Notes under the pieces: generated by a model | What the model was told of the DNA's origin: nothing | What the model saw: the letters and a program-made list of their open reading frames with translations, nothing else | Database searches by the model: none | In this document: piece by piece, positions 53,657-63,846 of the stretch | How positions within the stretch are numbered: the first letter of the stretch is position 1 | How the letters are laid out: each line of letters starts with the position of its first letter | From: an uncultured Bacteroidales bacterium | Lineage (GTDB): Bacteria; Bacteroidota; Bacteroidia; Bacteroidales; Muribaculaceae | Direction: 5' to 3' | DNA: 64,000 nt | NCBI GenBank assembly: GCA_902774055.1 | Contig: CACYGX010000002.1 | Span: 38,650 to 102,649, forward strand | Position numbers and translations under genes: made by a program

Positions 53657-54796
53657 ATGACAACATATAATTTATTGCTGAATTACTGGTGGCTCATCAT
53701 GTCGGTGCTGGGTGCACTGTTGGTGTTCCTGCTCATGGTGCAGGGCGGCCAGTCCATGCTCATCCACTACACCAAGCCCGACAAGCGCGCGTTGCTCATC
53801 AACTCGATGGGCCGCAAGTGGGAACTGACCTATACGACACTGGTGACCTTTGGCGGTGCCTTCTTCGCGTCGTTCCCGTTGTTCTATAGCACAAGCTTTG
53901 GCGGTGCCTACTGGTTGTGGATGCTCATTTTGTTCAGCTTTGTGATTCAGGCGATCAGCTACGAATACCGTTCCAAGCCCGGCAACATCTACGGCTCGCG
54001 TTTCTACGACACGCTGTTGCTGATTAACGGCATCCTGGGCCCCGTCCTGCTGGGCGTGGCCGTGGCGACGATGTTCTTTGGCGCGGAATTCACGGTAACC
54101 AAGAGCAACATTCTCAATGTCGAGGCCTCTACGATTTCGCAGTGGGGACCCAAACATGGCATCGAGGCCATTTTCTGCTGGAAGAACCTGCTGTTTGGCG
54201 TAATGGTCTTCTTCCTGGCCCGCACACTGGCTTCGCTCTATTTCATCAACAACATCGACGATGAGGAGGTGAACGCCAGCCAGCGACACCTGCTGCTGAT
54301 CAATGCGGGTGTGTTTGTGCCCTTGTTCCTTGCCGTTGTGGTAGTGATCCTTACCTCGGCAGGTGTGGGCTATGACGACAGTGGCAATGCCCAATGGATA
54401 CCCTACAAGTACTTGAATAACTACCTCACCATGTGGTGGGCACTGGTCATTCTGCTCATCGGCGTCGTGATGGTACTGTTCGGCGTGGGCAAGACGTTGA
54501 TGAAGGGTGACTACAAGTGCGGCATCTGGCCCGCAGGCATCGGCACAGTGCTGGTGGTACTGACCCTCTTCTGGGTGATGGGCTTCAACAACACGGCCTA
54601 TCTGCCCTCGTTGCTCGACGTGCAGAGTTCTCTCACCCTGCGCAACAGTTCGTCCAGCGAGTTCACCCTCACCGTGATGGCCGTTGTGAGCATCCTTGTA
54701 CCCTTTGTCCTGGCCTATATCGCCTACTGCTGGTACAAGATGGACCACCGCAAACTCACCAGCGACGAACTCGACCACACCGATCACAAGTATTGA
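53657..54796 (+). CDS. cydB: Cytochrome bd ubiquinol oxidase subunit II
   Basis: GRKWELTYTTLVTFGGAFFASFPLFYSTSF, SSS.FTL.VM; follows cydA. Confidence 0.95.
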   Translation: MTTYNLLLNYWWLIMSVLGALLVFLLMVQGGQSMLIHYTKPDKRALLINSMGRKWELTYTTLVTFGGAFFASFPLFYSTSFGGAYWLWMLILFSFVIQAISYEYRSKPGNIYGSRFYDTLLLINGILGPVLLGVAVATMFFGAEFTVTKSNILNVEASTISQWGPKHGIEAIFCWKNLLFGVMVFFLARTLASLYFINNIDDEEVNASQRHLLLINAGVFVPLFLAVVVVILTSAGVGYDDSGNAQWIPYKYLNNYLTMWWALVILLIGVVMVLFGVGKTLMKGDYKCGIWPAGIGTVLVVLTLFWVMGFNNTAYLPSLLDVQSSLTLRNSSSSEFTLTVMAVVSILVPFVLAYIAYCWYKMDHRKLTSDELDHTDHKY

Positions 54797-54817
54797 TCGA
54801 CAGGCAATTAGTGTTTA

Positions 54818-54858
54818 AACAAGACAACGCAGGGCATGAAGTCCTGCGTTGTCTTGTT
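54818..54858. terminator. Bidirectional terminator
   Basis: Perfect 16-bp stem aacaagacaacgcagg/cctgcgttgtcttgtt. Confidence 0.85.
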
Positions 54859-54875
54859 ATCTGATAATAGGTTGA

Positions 54876-55349
54876 TTATCGGGCTCGTTGTTGGGCCTTG
54901 GTGGTAAAGCCTTCCGAAATCTGGCTGTAGTCGTCAACGTCCTTGCAGAGTACCCAGTAAACGGTACCGCCAACCGAGATATCTGATGATTTGCCGCCAC
55001 TGCCGCTAGGCACGACATAGGCTTGGGCAAAACGCCAGCCGAACTGGCTCATGTAGTTCATCGCGTCAATCATCGAGTTAAACTTGATTTCCTTGCCGTT
55101 CTTGTCAACAAGGCGCGACTCGCTCATGCTGCCCAGCCACGATGTGCTCTGGCCAAAGTCTATCGACACTTTCACCTTGCTGCTGAACAGTTGAGGGGAC
55201 TCGGACAGCAACGCATACACGCGCTTGCCGTTGGGGTTGTAGTACTCATCCGCATCCATCACTTGGGCGGGAGGTACGTCATTGGCGTTCTGGGCGTTAG
55301 CAGCACCCAGTGTCATGATTAGAAGCAGGAGTAGGGCAATCTTCTTCAT
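54876..55349 (-). CDS. Secreted hypothetical protein
   Basis: Signal peptide; IDFGQ...G..IKFNSMIDAMNYM...GW.F.QAYV pattern recalled from Bacteroidetes proteins. Confidence 0.7.
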   Translation of the reverse strand: MKKIALLLLLIMTLGAANAQNANDVPPAQVMDADEYYNPNGKRVYALLSESPQLFSSKVKVSIDFGQSTSWLGSMSESRLVDKNGKEIKFNSMIDAMNYMSQFGWRFAQAYVVPSGSGGKSSDISVGGTVYWVLCKDVDDYSQISEGFTTKAQQRAR

Positions 55350-55478
55350 TCGATAATTACATTTTTTCATTAGTGGTCATTCCTCTATCATGAATGGGCG
55401 AAAGTCAAGCGATATTTTAGTATGTGATGCATTTTTTGTAATTTCGCAGTCCAAAAACAACAAAAACGACAAATCATC

Positions 55479-56555
55479 ATGAATTTAAAAATCAACGATA
55501 TCGTGCGCTTCCTCAATGATGTGGGGGGCGGACGCGTGACAAGAATTGACGGAAAAACCGTCTATGTGGAGGATCAGTACGGCTTTGAACGCCCCGCATT
55601 GGAGCGTGAATTGGTTGTCGTGGGGCAAGCCGGGACCAAAGCCTCGGCCTATGAGCGTCCGTTGGACATTCGCGCCCGCCTGGTCGAGCCCGACAAACCT
55701 GCCCCAAAGCCCCAACCCGCACCCGAGCCCACCTTGCCTATCGAGGAAACTCCCGAGGGCGAGGTGCTGAACATCGTGTTGGGCTATGAAGCGCGCGAAA
55801 TCAAGCACTTGAACACCACCACATTCTATGCCTCCCTGGTCAACGACAGCAATTATTTCCTGTATTTCACCTATATGACACGCGGCGACGGTGAAGGCGA
55901 GTGGAAGACCCGTTTTCACGGCATCGTCGAGCCCAACATCCAGGTGCAACTCGAGGAGTTCGGCCATGATGACCTCAACGACATGACGCACATCGCCGTG
56001 CAGTATGTCGCCTTCAAGCAGGGCAAGGGATTTAAGTTGAAAAATCCCGCCCTCGTTGAGCAGCGCCTAGATGTGACCAAGTTCTACAAGGTGCATTGTT
56101 TCCACGAGAACCCCTACTTTGACGTGCCTGTCATCGCAGTGGAAATCGTGACCAACGACCGTCCCGCTCGCATGATGCGCATCGACAGCGGCGAGCTGGA
56201 GCGTGCCATGAAGGAGAAAAAGCGCATGGATCGTCCGCAGCGCAAACCCGTGCAGAAGAAGGCCGACAACAACGGCATCATCGTTCAAGACCTGCACATC
56301 AGTTCACTGATGGACAACCTGAACGGCATGACACCGGGCGCCATCCTCGAGTACCAGATGGACAAGTTCCGTGAGGTGATGGATGCCAACATCAGCAAGC
56401 ACGGCCAGCGCATCGTCTTTATCCACGGCAAGGGCGAGGGCAAGTTGCGCCAGCACCTGTTGAGCGAACTCAAGCGTCGTTACCCGCGCTGCACCGCCCA
56501 GGACGCCAGCTTCCGCGAGTACGGCTTCGGCGCCACACAGGTCACCATACATTAG
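55479..56555 (+). CDS. DUF2027 / Smr-domain protein
   Basis: KI.D.VRFLN.VGGG N-terminus; C-terminal DLHI...IVFIHGKGEG.LR...DASFREYGFGAT (Smr). Confidence 0.88.
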   Translation: MNLKINDIVRFLNDVGGGRVTRIDGKTVYVEDQYGFERPALERELVVVGQAGTKASAYERPLDIRARLVEPDKPAPKPQPAPEPTLPIEETPEGEVLNIVLGYEAREIKHLNTTTFYASLVNDSNYFLYFTYMTRGDGEGEWKTRFHGIVEPNIQVQLEEFGHDDLNDMTHIAVQYVAFKQGKGFKLKNPALVEQRLDVTKFYKVHCFHENPYFDVPVIAVEIVTNDRPARMMRIDSGELERAMKEKKRMDRPQRKPVQKKADNNGIIVQDLHISSLMDNLNGMTPGAILEYQMDKFREVMDANISKHGQRIVFIHGKGEGKLRQHLLSELKRRYPRCTAQDASFREYGFGATQVTIH

Positions 56556-56587
56556 CCCTCCCCTAAAGACGACATCGTTATTTAAAG

Positions 56588-56660
56588 GAAGACAATAAGC
56601 ACAATAAATACAATGCGCTGGAAATTAATGTTCTAGCGCTTGTGTTTTTTGTGCTTATTT
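56588..56660. repeat. Long imperfect palindrome, family copy 1
   Basis: gaagacaataagcacaataaatacaa...gtgcttatt, with inner gcgctggaa/ttctagcgc. Confidence 0.65.
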
Positions 56661-57365
56661 TAGGATGGGGTAGTGGAATTGGCGGAGTTGTCGTTCCAGT
56701 TCTTTCTCATGGCCGCCGGTGTATTGGTCGCACAGGGCGTGGAATTGCTGGGAGTGGTTCATGTGGGTGAGGTGGGCTAACTCGTGGCAGATGATGTAGC
56801 GCACCAGGGGTTCGGGCAGGAACATGAGGTTGCGGGAGAGTTGGATGACCTTTTTGGTGGTGCAGTGGCCCAGTTTGCGCATGCCGCGGCCGATTTCAAA
56901 TCCGGCGGGTTTGAGGCCCAATCCATCAGCGACCTCACGGGCGAAAGGTAACAGCACCTTGACGGCCATGTATTCCATGGCTTGGCTGATCATGTTCGAG
57001 ACGACTCGTGCGGTGCGGTAATCGGTCAAATCGGCATTTTCTGGAATCTGGACATGCAAGGTGTCTTCTTCCCATTGGGTTTGCACATATCCTGGCCGAG
57101 GACTGTTTGCCTCGATGACCGCCTTGCACCTGAAGCACTCGATGACTTGCCCAACGTGTAATTCAACCGTCGCTGGTCGTCCCAACTTGCGCAATCCCTC
57201 CCTGTTGGCATCGACCATGTGCAGCAGGTCGCTCACCGTAGACTGCAGGGGCGCCCGCATGAGCAAATGCCCATCGGCATGATAAGTGAACCGCACCGAG
57301 GTCATGCCTCGGCGCAGTTGCACATAGATTTTCCCAAATTCCTTGTCTTCGATATATCCTTTCAT
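56655..57365 (-). CDS. YgjP/DUF45-like (M48-related) metallopeptidase/nucleotide hydrolase
   Basis: LGHC....I.LS..L..LPE.LV.YII.HELAHL.HMNHS..FH.L. Confidence 0.85.
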   Translation of the reverse strand: MKGYIEDKEFGKIYVQLRRGMTSVRFTYHADGHLLMRAPLQSTVSDLLHMVDANREGLRKLGRPATVELHVGQVIECFRCKAVIEANSPRPGYVQTQWEEDTLHVQIPENADLTDYRTARVVSNMISQAMEYMAVKVLLPFAREVADGLGLKPAGFEIGRGMRKLGHCTTKKVIQLSRNLMFLPEPLVRYIICHELAHLTHMNHSQQFHALCDQYTGGHEKELERQLRQFHYPILK

Positions 57366-57379
57366 GGTCTAATACCAAA

Positions 57380-57454
57380 AAGAAGACAATAAGTGCAACA
57401 AATACAATCTGTTGAAAATGAATGGTTTGTATTTGTGGCACTTATTGCCTTCTT
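57380..57454. repeat. Long imperfect palindrome, family copy 2
   Basis: aagaagacaataagtgcaacaaatacaa / ttgtatttgtggcacttattgccttctt. Confidence 0.75.
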
Positions 57455-57470
57455 GTGAATAGTGTTGTGG

Positions 57471-58544
57471 CTAGAACTTGGTGATGCCCATAATCTCGCG
57501 CACGTCGGCGAGCGTCTGGCCTGCACGCGCACGGGCACGCTCGGCGCCCATCTCCAGGACGCGGTGCAAGTAGGCGCTGTCGTTCTCGATATCGAGGATG
57601 CGCTCACGGATGGGCGTGGTCATGGCCACGATATCCTCGGCGATTTCCTTCTTGAGGTCACCATAGCGGATGGAGCAGTTGTTGTAGGCCTCGGTAAAGA
57701 ACTCGACCTTGTCGGGAGTGCCGACGAGTTTGAGAATCGTGAACAGGTTCTGCACGGGCTCGGCCATGGGCTGGTTGGGCTCGGTGGGGCCACCATCGGT
57801 CACAGCGCGCATCACCTTCTTGCGAATGGTCTTCTCGTCATCCACCAGATAGATGCAGTTGCCCTCGCTCTTGCCCATCTTGCCGCTGCCGTCCAGGCCG
57901 GGCACCTTGACGGGTGCACTGCCGAAGTTGAAGTTCTGCGGCTCCTTGAAGTACTCGGTCTTGTAGAACGAGTTGAAACGGCGGGCGAACCTGCGGGTCA
58001 ATTCCAGGTGTTGCTCTTGATCTTTGCCCACGGGCACATAGTCGGCGCGCTGGATGAGAATATCCACAGCCATCAGGGTGGGGTAGGTCAACAGGCCGGC
58101 GTTGACGCGCTTGTTGGTGCTGGCGCCAATGATCTCTTTGGCCACATCCTCATCGTCGTCGCCCTGGGTGGGGGCGGTGATGCCAAGGGCCTTGCGTGCC
58201 TTGTCCTTGAAGGCGGCGGTGCGCATCAGTTCGCCGATACCCACGTGCATGTTGAGCAGTAGATACATCTCGCTCACCTCGGGCACGTCACTTTGAACAA
58301 AAATTGTCGATTTCTCGGGATCCAGGCCTGCTGCCAGGTATTCGGCCAAGATATGTCGCACGTTGGTGTGCAGTTCTTTAGGGTCGGGGTTGGTCGTGAG
58401 CGCATGCAGGTCGGCAATGAAGTAATAACTGTCATACTTGCCCTCGTTCTGCATCTTCACGAAGTTACTCAACGCGCCCAGGTAGTTACCCAGATGCAAC
58501 TGTCCTGTGGGGCGTATTCCACTTAAAACAATCTTCTTATCCAT
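57471..58544 (-). CDS. trpS: Tryptophan--tRNA ligase
   Basis: SGIRPTGQLHLGNY (HIGH-like), YPTLMA.DIL, VPVGKDQEQHLE, KMGKS. Confidence 0.97.
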   Translation of the reverse strand: MDKKIVLSGIRPTGQLHLGNYLGALSNFVKMQNEGKYDSYYFIADLHALTTNPDPKELHTNVRHILAEYLAAGLDPEKSTIFVQSDVPEVSEMYLLLNMHVGIGELMRTAAFKDKARKALGITAPTQGDDDEDVAKEIIGASTNKRVNAGLLTYPTLMAVDILIQRADYVPVGKDQEQHLELTRRFARRFNSFYKTEYFKEPQNFNFGSAPVKVPGLDGSGKMGKSEGNCIYLVDDEKTIRKKVMRAVTDGGPTEPNQPMAEPVQNLFTILKLVGTPDKVEFFTEAYNNCSIRYGDLKKEIAEDIVAMTTPIRERILDIENDSAYLHRVLEMGAERARARAGQTLADVREIMGITKF

Positions 58545-58640
58545 ATTCAAATTATTGTATTTTTTATTTCAATGGGTGCAAAGGTAATACAAAGTTTTAA
58601 GTTTTGGGTTTTTAGTCTTTTGTTTTTTAATTCTGCCTGT

Positions 58641-59438
58641 TTACTCTACCAGGTCCAATAATTGCTGAGCGATGGCGGGCGTGGCGGCAAGGATGCAGAT
58701 GCCGTGGTCCTGGCGGTAGCGCTTCACAGTGGCGCCCGCCTCCTGGGCAATGAGTTCTCCAGCACAGGCGTCCCACTCCTTGAGGTTCAGTTCCCAGTAT
58801 CCGTCGAGCCACCCCGCGGCGACATAGCACAGGTCCATCGCTGCCGACCCTAATCGCCTGAGTCCCCTCACTCGAGGCATGACGAGTGCCACACGGTCGA
58901 GGTTGTTGTCGGGGTTTGTCGCTTTGTCATAGGGGAACCCCGTCGAGACGACGGCGCGCTGCAATTCGGTCGTGCCCTTGACTTGAAGCGCCCCGTATGG
59001 GCCAAATGCCCCTTTGCCCTTGATGGCCCAAAACTCTTCGTTCAGCGTCGGCGCGTACACATAGCCCATACGGGTCTCGCCGTCCACCTTGAGGCCGATG
59101 GAGATGCAGTAGGTGGCAATGCCTGCGCTATAGTTCACTGTGCCGTCAAGCGGGTCGATGACCCATTGATAGCGGGCCTGGCGATGGTCATCACCGCTCT
59201 CCTCGCTCAAGATAGCATGGTCGGGGAAATGGTTGTGGAGGTGGTCGAGAATGATGCGCTCGCTGCCCTTGTCGGCCTCGGTGACGATGTCATAGGCGCT
59301 GCCCTTGTCCTCGATGCTCAAGTCGCGCTGGCGAAAGTGGCGTTTCAGCACCTCGCCTGCCTCGTGCCCCATGAGTCTAGCGCAGTCGAGCCATTGCTGC
59401 TCCTCGGGGGTGTAATCATTAGTTGTCATGTCTTTCAT
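58641..59438 (-). CDS. suhB: Inositol monophosphatase family (SuhB-like)
   Basis: DIVTEADK.SE, WVIDPLDGTVNY, RRLGSAAMDL, WDACAG. Confidence 0.88.
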   Translation of the reverse strand: MKDMTTNDYTPEEQQWLDCARLMGHEAGEVLKRHFRQRDLSIEDKGSAYDIVTEADKGSERIILDHLHNHFPDHAILSEESGDDHRQARYQWVIDPLDGTVNYSAGIATYCISIGLKVDGETRMGYVYAPTLNEEFWAIKGKGAFGPYGALQVKGTTELQRAVVSTGFPYDKATNPDNNLDRVALVMPRVRGLRRLGSAAMDLCYVAAGWLDGYWELNLKEWDACAGELIAQEAGATVKRYRQDHGICILAATPAIAQQLLDLVE

Positions 59439-59477
59439 TTTTTTAGCCTTTTAATAAACCTGAAAAATCTACCTTTA

Positions 59478-59508
59478 AAAAAAGGGGGCGGTTACCGCGC
59501 CCCCCTTT
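59478..59508 (-). terminator. Terminator after the Lrp gene
   Basis: aaagggggcg-gttac-cgcgccccccttt stem with an A-run. Confidence 0.65.
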
Positions 59509-59517
59509 GTCATTTCT

Positions 59518-60000
59518 TTAAGACTTTGGTTCCTCGCCGCCATCGGGCTCGATGGGAATCTGGCGCTTGAATACTTCCTTGAACGTGATCAAAGTCTCGC
59601 TGCGGCCCAAGCCCATTTTCAGGAAGCGGTCATGGATTACCTGCAGCAAGTGGTCGTTGTTCTTGGCATACAGTTTGACAAACATGTCATATTTGCCGGT
59701 AGTGAAATAGCACTCGACAACCTCGGGCACCGTCTTGAGCCTTGAAACCACCTCGTCAAACTTAGAGGGGTCGTTCAGGAAGAACCCGATGTAGGCACAC
59801 GTCTGATAACCGACCGATGCCGGGTTAATCAGTGAAATGGAACCGTTGATGACACCCATGTTGTAAAGTTTCTGGATGCGCTGATGGATAGCGGCACCGG
59901 ATACATTGCAAGAACGCGCAATCTCCAGATAAGGTTTGCGGGCATTCAGCGACAACATTTTCAAAATTTTGTAATCAAGTGAATCAAGTTTTGTAGCCAT
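59518..60000 (-). CDS. asnC: Lrp/AsnC family regulator
   Basis: LDSLD.KIL..L..NARKPY.EIAR...VSGAAIHQRI.KL; VVECY.TTGKYD. Confidence 0.88.
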   Translation of the reverse strand: MATKLDSLDYKILKMLSLNARKPYLEIARSCNVSGAAIHQRIQKLYNMGVINGSISLINPASVGYQTCAYIGFFLNDPSKFDEVVSRLKTVPEVVECYFTTGKYDMFVKLYAKNNDHLLQVIHDRFLKMGLGRSETLITFKEVFKRQIPIEPDGGEEPKS

Positions 60001-60240
60001 AATATCATTATAATTTAAATAAAATCTCAATAAAGTTGCTTCAATCTCTTCATTTACAACATGCAAGAGTCTAAATCTTGCATGCATGTCCACCTTTGAC
60101 GCTACAAAGTTACAACAATTTTCTAAAGAAATTGATAAATTATAAGAAAATTTACAAAAAATCTTCGCATCTAGCAAGTTTCAGTAGATTATACCTTGGA
60201 AATTTTCCTAATTATTAGAAATAATGTACCTTTGCACATC

Positions 60241-61083
60241 ATGATACTCAAGCAAGCAATAGAACAACTCAAGAGCGGGCTCGCCGGTGTTGCCGAGCCC
60301 CAGGAGGTCCAAGCAATGATACGCGTTATCTGTGAGGACGTTTTCAACTATGACCAGGTGGATGTGGCGCTCAGGCAAGAGAGTGAACTTCCCGAATTTG
60401 CCCAGGAGCGGATTGCCGATATCATCTCGAGGCTGCAACGTCATGAGCCCCTGCAGTACATTGTGGGCAGTGCGCGTTTTCACGGGCACAAGTTCAAGGT
60501 GACGCCTGCGACCCTCATCCCTCGCCCCGAGACCGCCCAGCTGGTTGACATGATAGTTGACGAGAACACGGCCCCCGACCTGCGAGTGCTGGACATGGGC
60601 ACTGGCAGCGGGTGCATCGCCATCTCACTGGCCAGAGCGTTGAAGTTTCCGCAGGTCGATGCGCTGGATATCTCGCGAGATGCCCTGGCGGTCGCAAGGG
60701 AGAATGCCCAAGCCCTGAAGGTCAAGGTGCGCTTCTTTGAGAGCGACATGCTCGCGCCGCAGCCCGATGGCCGTTATGACATCATCGTGAGCAATCCGCC
60801 CTACATCTGCTGGAGTGAACGCGAGTCGATGGACCGCAATGTCAAGGACTATGAACCCGGTCAGGCGTTGTTTGTCCCAGACAATGACCCGTTGTTGTTC
60901 TATAAGGCAATAGCGCCCTATGCAGCCCGGTCGCTGGAGCATGGTGGCCGCCTTTACCTCGAGATCAACCAGCGTTTTGGCAACGAGATCAAGCGCCTGC
61001 TTGAAGACAACGGCTTTGATGAGGTGCGCATTATCGAGGACAGTTTCGGCAAGGTGCGTTTTGCCGCTGCAGTGATGAGATAA
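60241..61083 (+). CDS. prmC: Release factor glutamine methyltransferase
   Basis: EPLQYI.G, LIPRPET, LD.GTGSGCIA, VSNPPY. Confidence 0.95.
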   Translation: MILKQAIEQLKSGLAGVAEPQEVQAMIRVICEDVFNYDQVDVALRQESELPEFAQERIADIISRLQRHEPLQYIVGSARFHGHKFKVTPATLIPRPETAQLVDMIVDENTAPDLRVLDMGTGSGCIAISLARALKFPQVDALDISRDALAVARENAQALKVKVRFFESDMLAPQPDGRYDIIVSNPPYICWSERESMDRNVKDYEPGQALFVPDNDPLLFYKAIAPYAARSLEHGGRLYLEINQRFGNEIKRLLEDNGFDEVRIIEDSFGKVRFAAAVMR

Positions 61084-61085
61084 CC

Positions 61086-62120
61086 ATGCTGATCGACGAG
61101 AAATACATGCGCCGCGCTTTGCAGCTGGCTGCATTGGGCGCGGGCCACACGTCCCCCAATCCCATGGTGGGCGCAGTGATTGTTGCCCCCGATGGCACCA
61201 TCATCGGGGAGGGCTGGCATCGCCAGTGCGGCCAGGCTCATGCCGAGGTCAACGCTGTGGCCAGCGTTCGTGACGTCAACCTGTTGAAAGACAGTACGAT
61301 ATATGTAACACTTGAGCCTTGTTCCCACTATGGTAAGACGCCGCCCTGTGCGCGCTTGCTCATCGAGCGTGGCATCCCCCGTGTGGTGGTGGGCACATTG
61401 GACCCATTTCCTGAAGTGGCCGGCCGTGGAGTGAGGATGCTGCAGGAGGCTGGCATAGAGGTGGTTGTCGGAGTTCTGGAGCAACAATGCCAAGCATTGA
61501 ACCGCCGCTTCATGACGGCTCACACCTCTGGATTACCATGGGTGCAACTCAAGTGGGCTCAGACAGCAGACGGCTTCATCGCTTTGCCGCCCGATGCGGG
61601 AGAGAATCCGCTGCACATGTCCACCCCAGTAACCATGAGGTGGATGCACCGCGAGCGCTCGTTGTGCGATGCCATTGTCGTGGGTGCCGCTACTGCCTGC
61701 ATCGACAATCCCTCACTGACGACCCGTTACTGGCCAGGCAAGTCGCCGCTGCGCGTTGTCTTGTCGCACGAGTTGTCAATGCCCGACAACTTGAATCTGT
61801 TCACCGATGGCCTGCCTACGGTGGTTTACAATGGTGTAAAAGATGCAGTGGAGGGTGCCGTGGAATATGTTAAAATAGACACTGATGAACCCCGATTGTG
61901 GCTCCAGGACCTGTACCGCAGGGGCGTGACCAGTGTGATGGTCGAGGGAGGCGCCCGTGTGCTCAATAGTCTCATTGATGCAGGCCTATGGGACGAAGCC
62001 CGCGTGGAGGTCAGCGCCCGCAGGGTGGGCGAGGGTGTCGCCGCACCGATCATCGGTGGTGCTGTGGTTGACAAACTGGACATTGACGGCAACACCATTA
62101 TCTATCTTGCCCGTCGATAG
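61086..62120 (+). CDS. ribD: Riboflavin biosynthesis deaminase/reductase
   Basis: PNPMVGAVIV, HAEVNA, LEPCSHYGKTPPC, LKWAQTADGF, VMVEGG. Confidence 0.95.
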   Translation: MLIDEKYMRRALQLAALGAGHTSPNPMVGAVIVAPDGTIIGEGWHRQCGQAHAEVNAVASVRDVNLLKDSTIYVTLEPCSHYGKTPPCARLLIERGIPRVVVGTLDPFPEVAGRGVRMLQEAGIEVVVGVLEQQCQALNRRFMTAHTSGLPWVQLKWAQTADGFIALPPDAGENPLHMSTPVTMRWMHRERSLCDAIVVGAATACIDNPSLTTRYWPGKSPLRVVLSHELSMPDNLNLFTDGLPTVVYNGVKDAVEGAVEYVKIDTDEPRLWLQDLYRRGVTSVMVEGGARVLNSLIDAGLWDEARVEVSARRVGEGVAAPIIGGAVVDKLDIDGNTIIYLARR

Positions 62121-62330
62121 GGCGCCAAGCAGGAAAACTTCGTTAAAAAGGTGTAAAAAACCGCATTTTACCGTTTATTATCTTTAACGGGCACGTCCCG
62201 TGTGCCCCTGAAATACTATCTTTACCCCCCAAAAACGGCACTTGCTCTCATTATTATAGGTGAAAATCGCCGTTGAGACCGAATTTTTTTGTAATTTTGC
62301 CGTTTGTAATAAAAAAGACAAAAAACGATA

Positions 62331-63818
62331 ATGACCAATAGAACCACTCTATATATCATTTTGGCGATGTTAGTGATGCTCTCATCGCTGACTGTTCTCA
62401 CATCATGTAAAGACGACAAGGAAGAGACCTACTCCTACAGCACTAGCGAAATGACTACGCTGGTCAAGGGGTTCGCCTTGCAGAACGACGCTAGTGTGCT
62501 CGAGAATCTTGACTCGGTACATTTTACCATCGATTACGATAAGGGATTGATTTATAATGCCGACTCGCTGCCCGTGGGCACCGAAATCACTAAACTCAAG
62601 GTCATTATGGAGTTTGTGAATACAGTCAAATCGGCGGTATTCAATATCTCGGACGCTGAGGTTCAGGCCGACACGGCAATCAATTATACCACCTCGATGA
62701 GTCAGACCATCGACTTCACGGGTAAGACGGTATTGACCGTGACATCGGCCGATGGGAGCGAGGTAAAGAACTATGAGGTGAAGGTGCTTGTCCATCAGGT
62801 GGAACCCAACATGCTCTTGTGGGTGCAGAACTGGCGTCGTGACCTTCCCGGCATGTCCGATGGTCTGCAGCACTTCAAGGCCGTAGAGCAGGATGGCATG
62901 ATGCGCGCCCTGACATGGGACGGCAACCAATGCATGTTGTTGACAGCCGATGCTGCAAATCAGACCTCATGGAGCAAGCAGGCATTGTCGCTGCCCTTCA
63001 CTCCAAACGTCAAAACGCTCACCGCAACGGACCTTGACCTGTATATGCTTGACATGGACGGTAACCTTTATACATCGACCGATGGAAAAGAGTGGACTTC
63101 GTGTGGCGTGAAGTGGTTCTCGCTGCTTGGCGCTTATCAAGACCGGGTTCTTGGCATCGTCAGCGATGATGCCGGCAACTACGTCCACGACGAGTATCCG
63201 CGCTCGGTTGGCTTCACTAGCAAGGAGGTCGAGGAAGACTTCCCGGTGAGGAATTCGTCCAATATGATTGAGGTACAGAACACTTGGTCGATGGCTCCCC
63301 AAGCCATGATTGTGGGCGGCATCAACAGCGAGGGCAAAATGATTAAAGACACTTGGGGCTATGACGGACAGACTTGGGGCAAAATCAACAATGTCCACAG
63401 TGAAGTCCTGCCCGATATGGCCGATGCTACCCTGTTTTCCTATTATACATTCAAGAAATTGACAGGTGTGAGGCGTTATGCCCGCCAGTCCACATGGTAT
63501 CTCATGGGCGGACGTAAAAGCGACGGCTCACTCAATAACGACATCTATCTGTCCAATACCCAGGGAATCACCTGGTTCAAGGGAGACACCACAATGGTAC
63601 AGGCCGGATTTATGCCAAAATTCTATGGTGCTCAGGCCTTTGTCTGCGAGGAGACGCTCCAAGCCCCACAACACGCTCCCAGTTTCATAAAAGGTGACGT
63701 GACCTCATGGCCTTGCCCCTTCCTCTACCTCTATGGCGGCTATGGCGAGGACAACGCGTTATTGCCCAACGTGTGGAGGGGCGTGTATAACCGCTTGACC
63801 AATGTGCCCGTTTATTAA
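62331..63818 (+). CDS. Lipoprotein, DUF6242-like
   Basis: Lipobox LTSC, F.ID...G.IYN.DSLP.GT, V.S.DG...K.Y.VKV.VH; Kelch-like C-terminus. Confidence 0.7.
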   Translation: MTNRTTLYIILAMLVMLSSLTVLTSCKDDKEETYSYSTSEMTTLVKGFALQNDASVLENLDSVHFTIDYDKGLIYNADSLPVGTEITKLKVIMEFVNTVKSAVFNISDAEVQADTAINYTTSMSQTIDFTGKTVLTVTSADGSEVKNYEVKVLVHQVEPNMLLWVQNWRRDLPGMSDGLQHFKAVEQDGMMRALTWDGNQCMLLTADAANQTSWSKQALSLPFTPNVKTLTATDLDLYMLDMDGNLYTSTDGKEWTSCGVKWFSLLGAYQDRVLGIVSDDAGNYVHDEYPRSVGFTSKEVEEDFPVRNSSNMIEVQNTWSMAPQAMIVGGINSEGKMIKDTWGYDGQTWGKINNVHSEVLPDMADATLFSYYTFKKLTGVRRYARQSTWYLMGGRKSDGSLNNDIYLSNTQGITWFKGDTTMVQAGFMPKFYGAQAFVCEETLQAPQHAPSFIKGDVTSWPCPFLYLYGGYGEDNALLPNVWRGVYNRLTNVPVY

Positions 63819-63846
63819 TTCTGCCGCGAGTGCCGAACTAGAAACA

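Noticed and set aside
51798-54796. Oxygen reductase in an anaerobe as a novelty
   Set aside because: cydAB-dependent nanaerobic respiration is established in Bacteroides.
62188-62208. gggcac-gtcccgt-gtgccc hairpin as a REP element
   Set aside because: Single short copy in the window; cannot be distinguished from an ordinary terminator-like hairpin after ribD.
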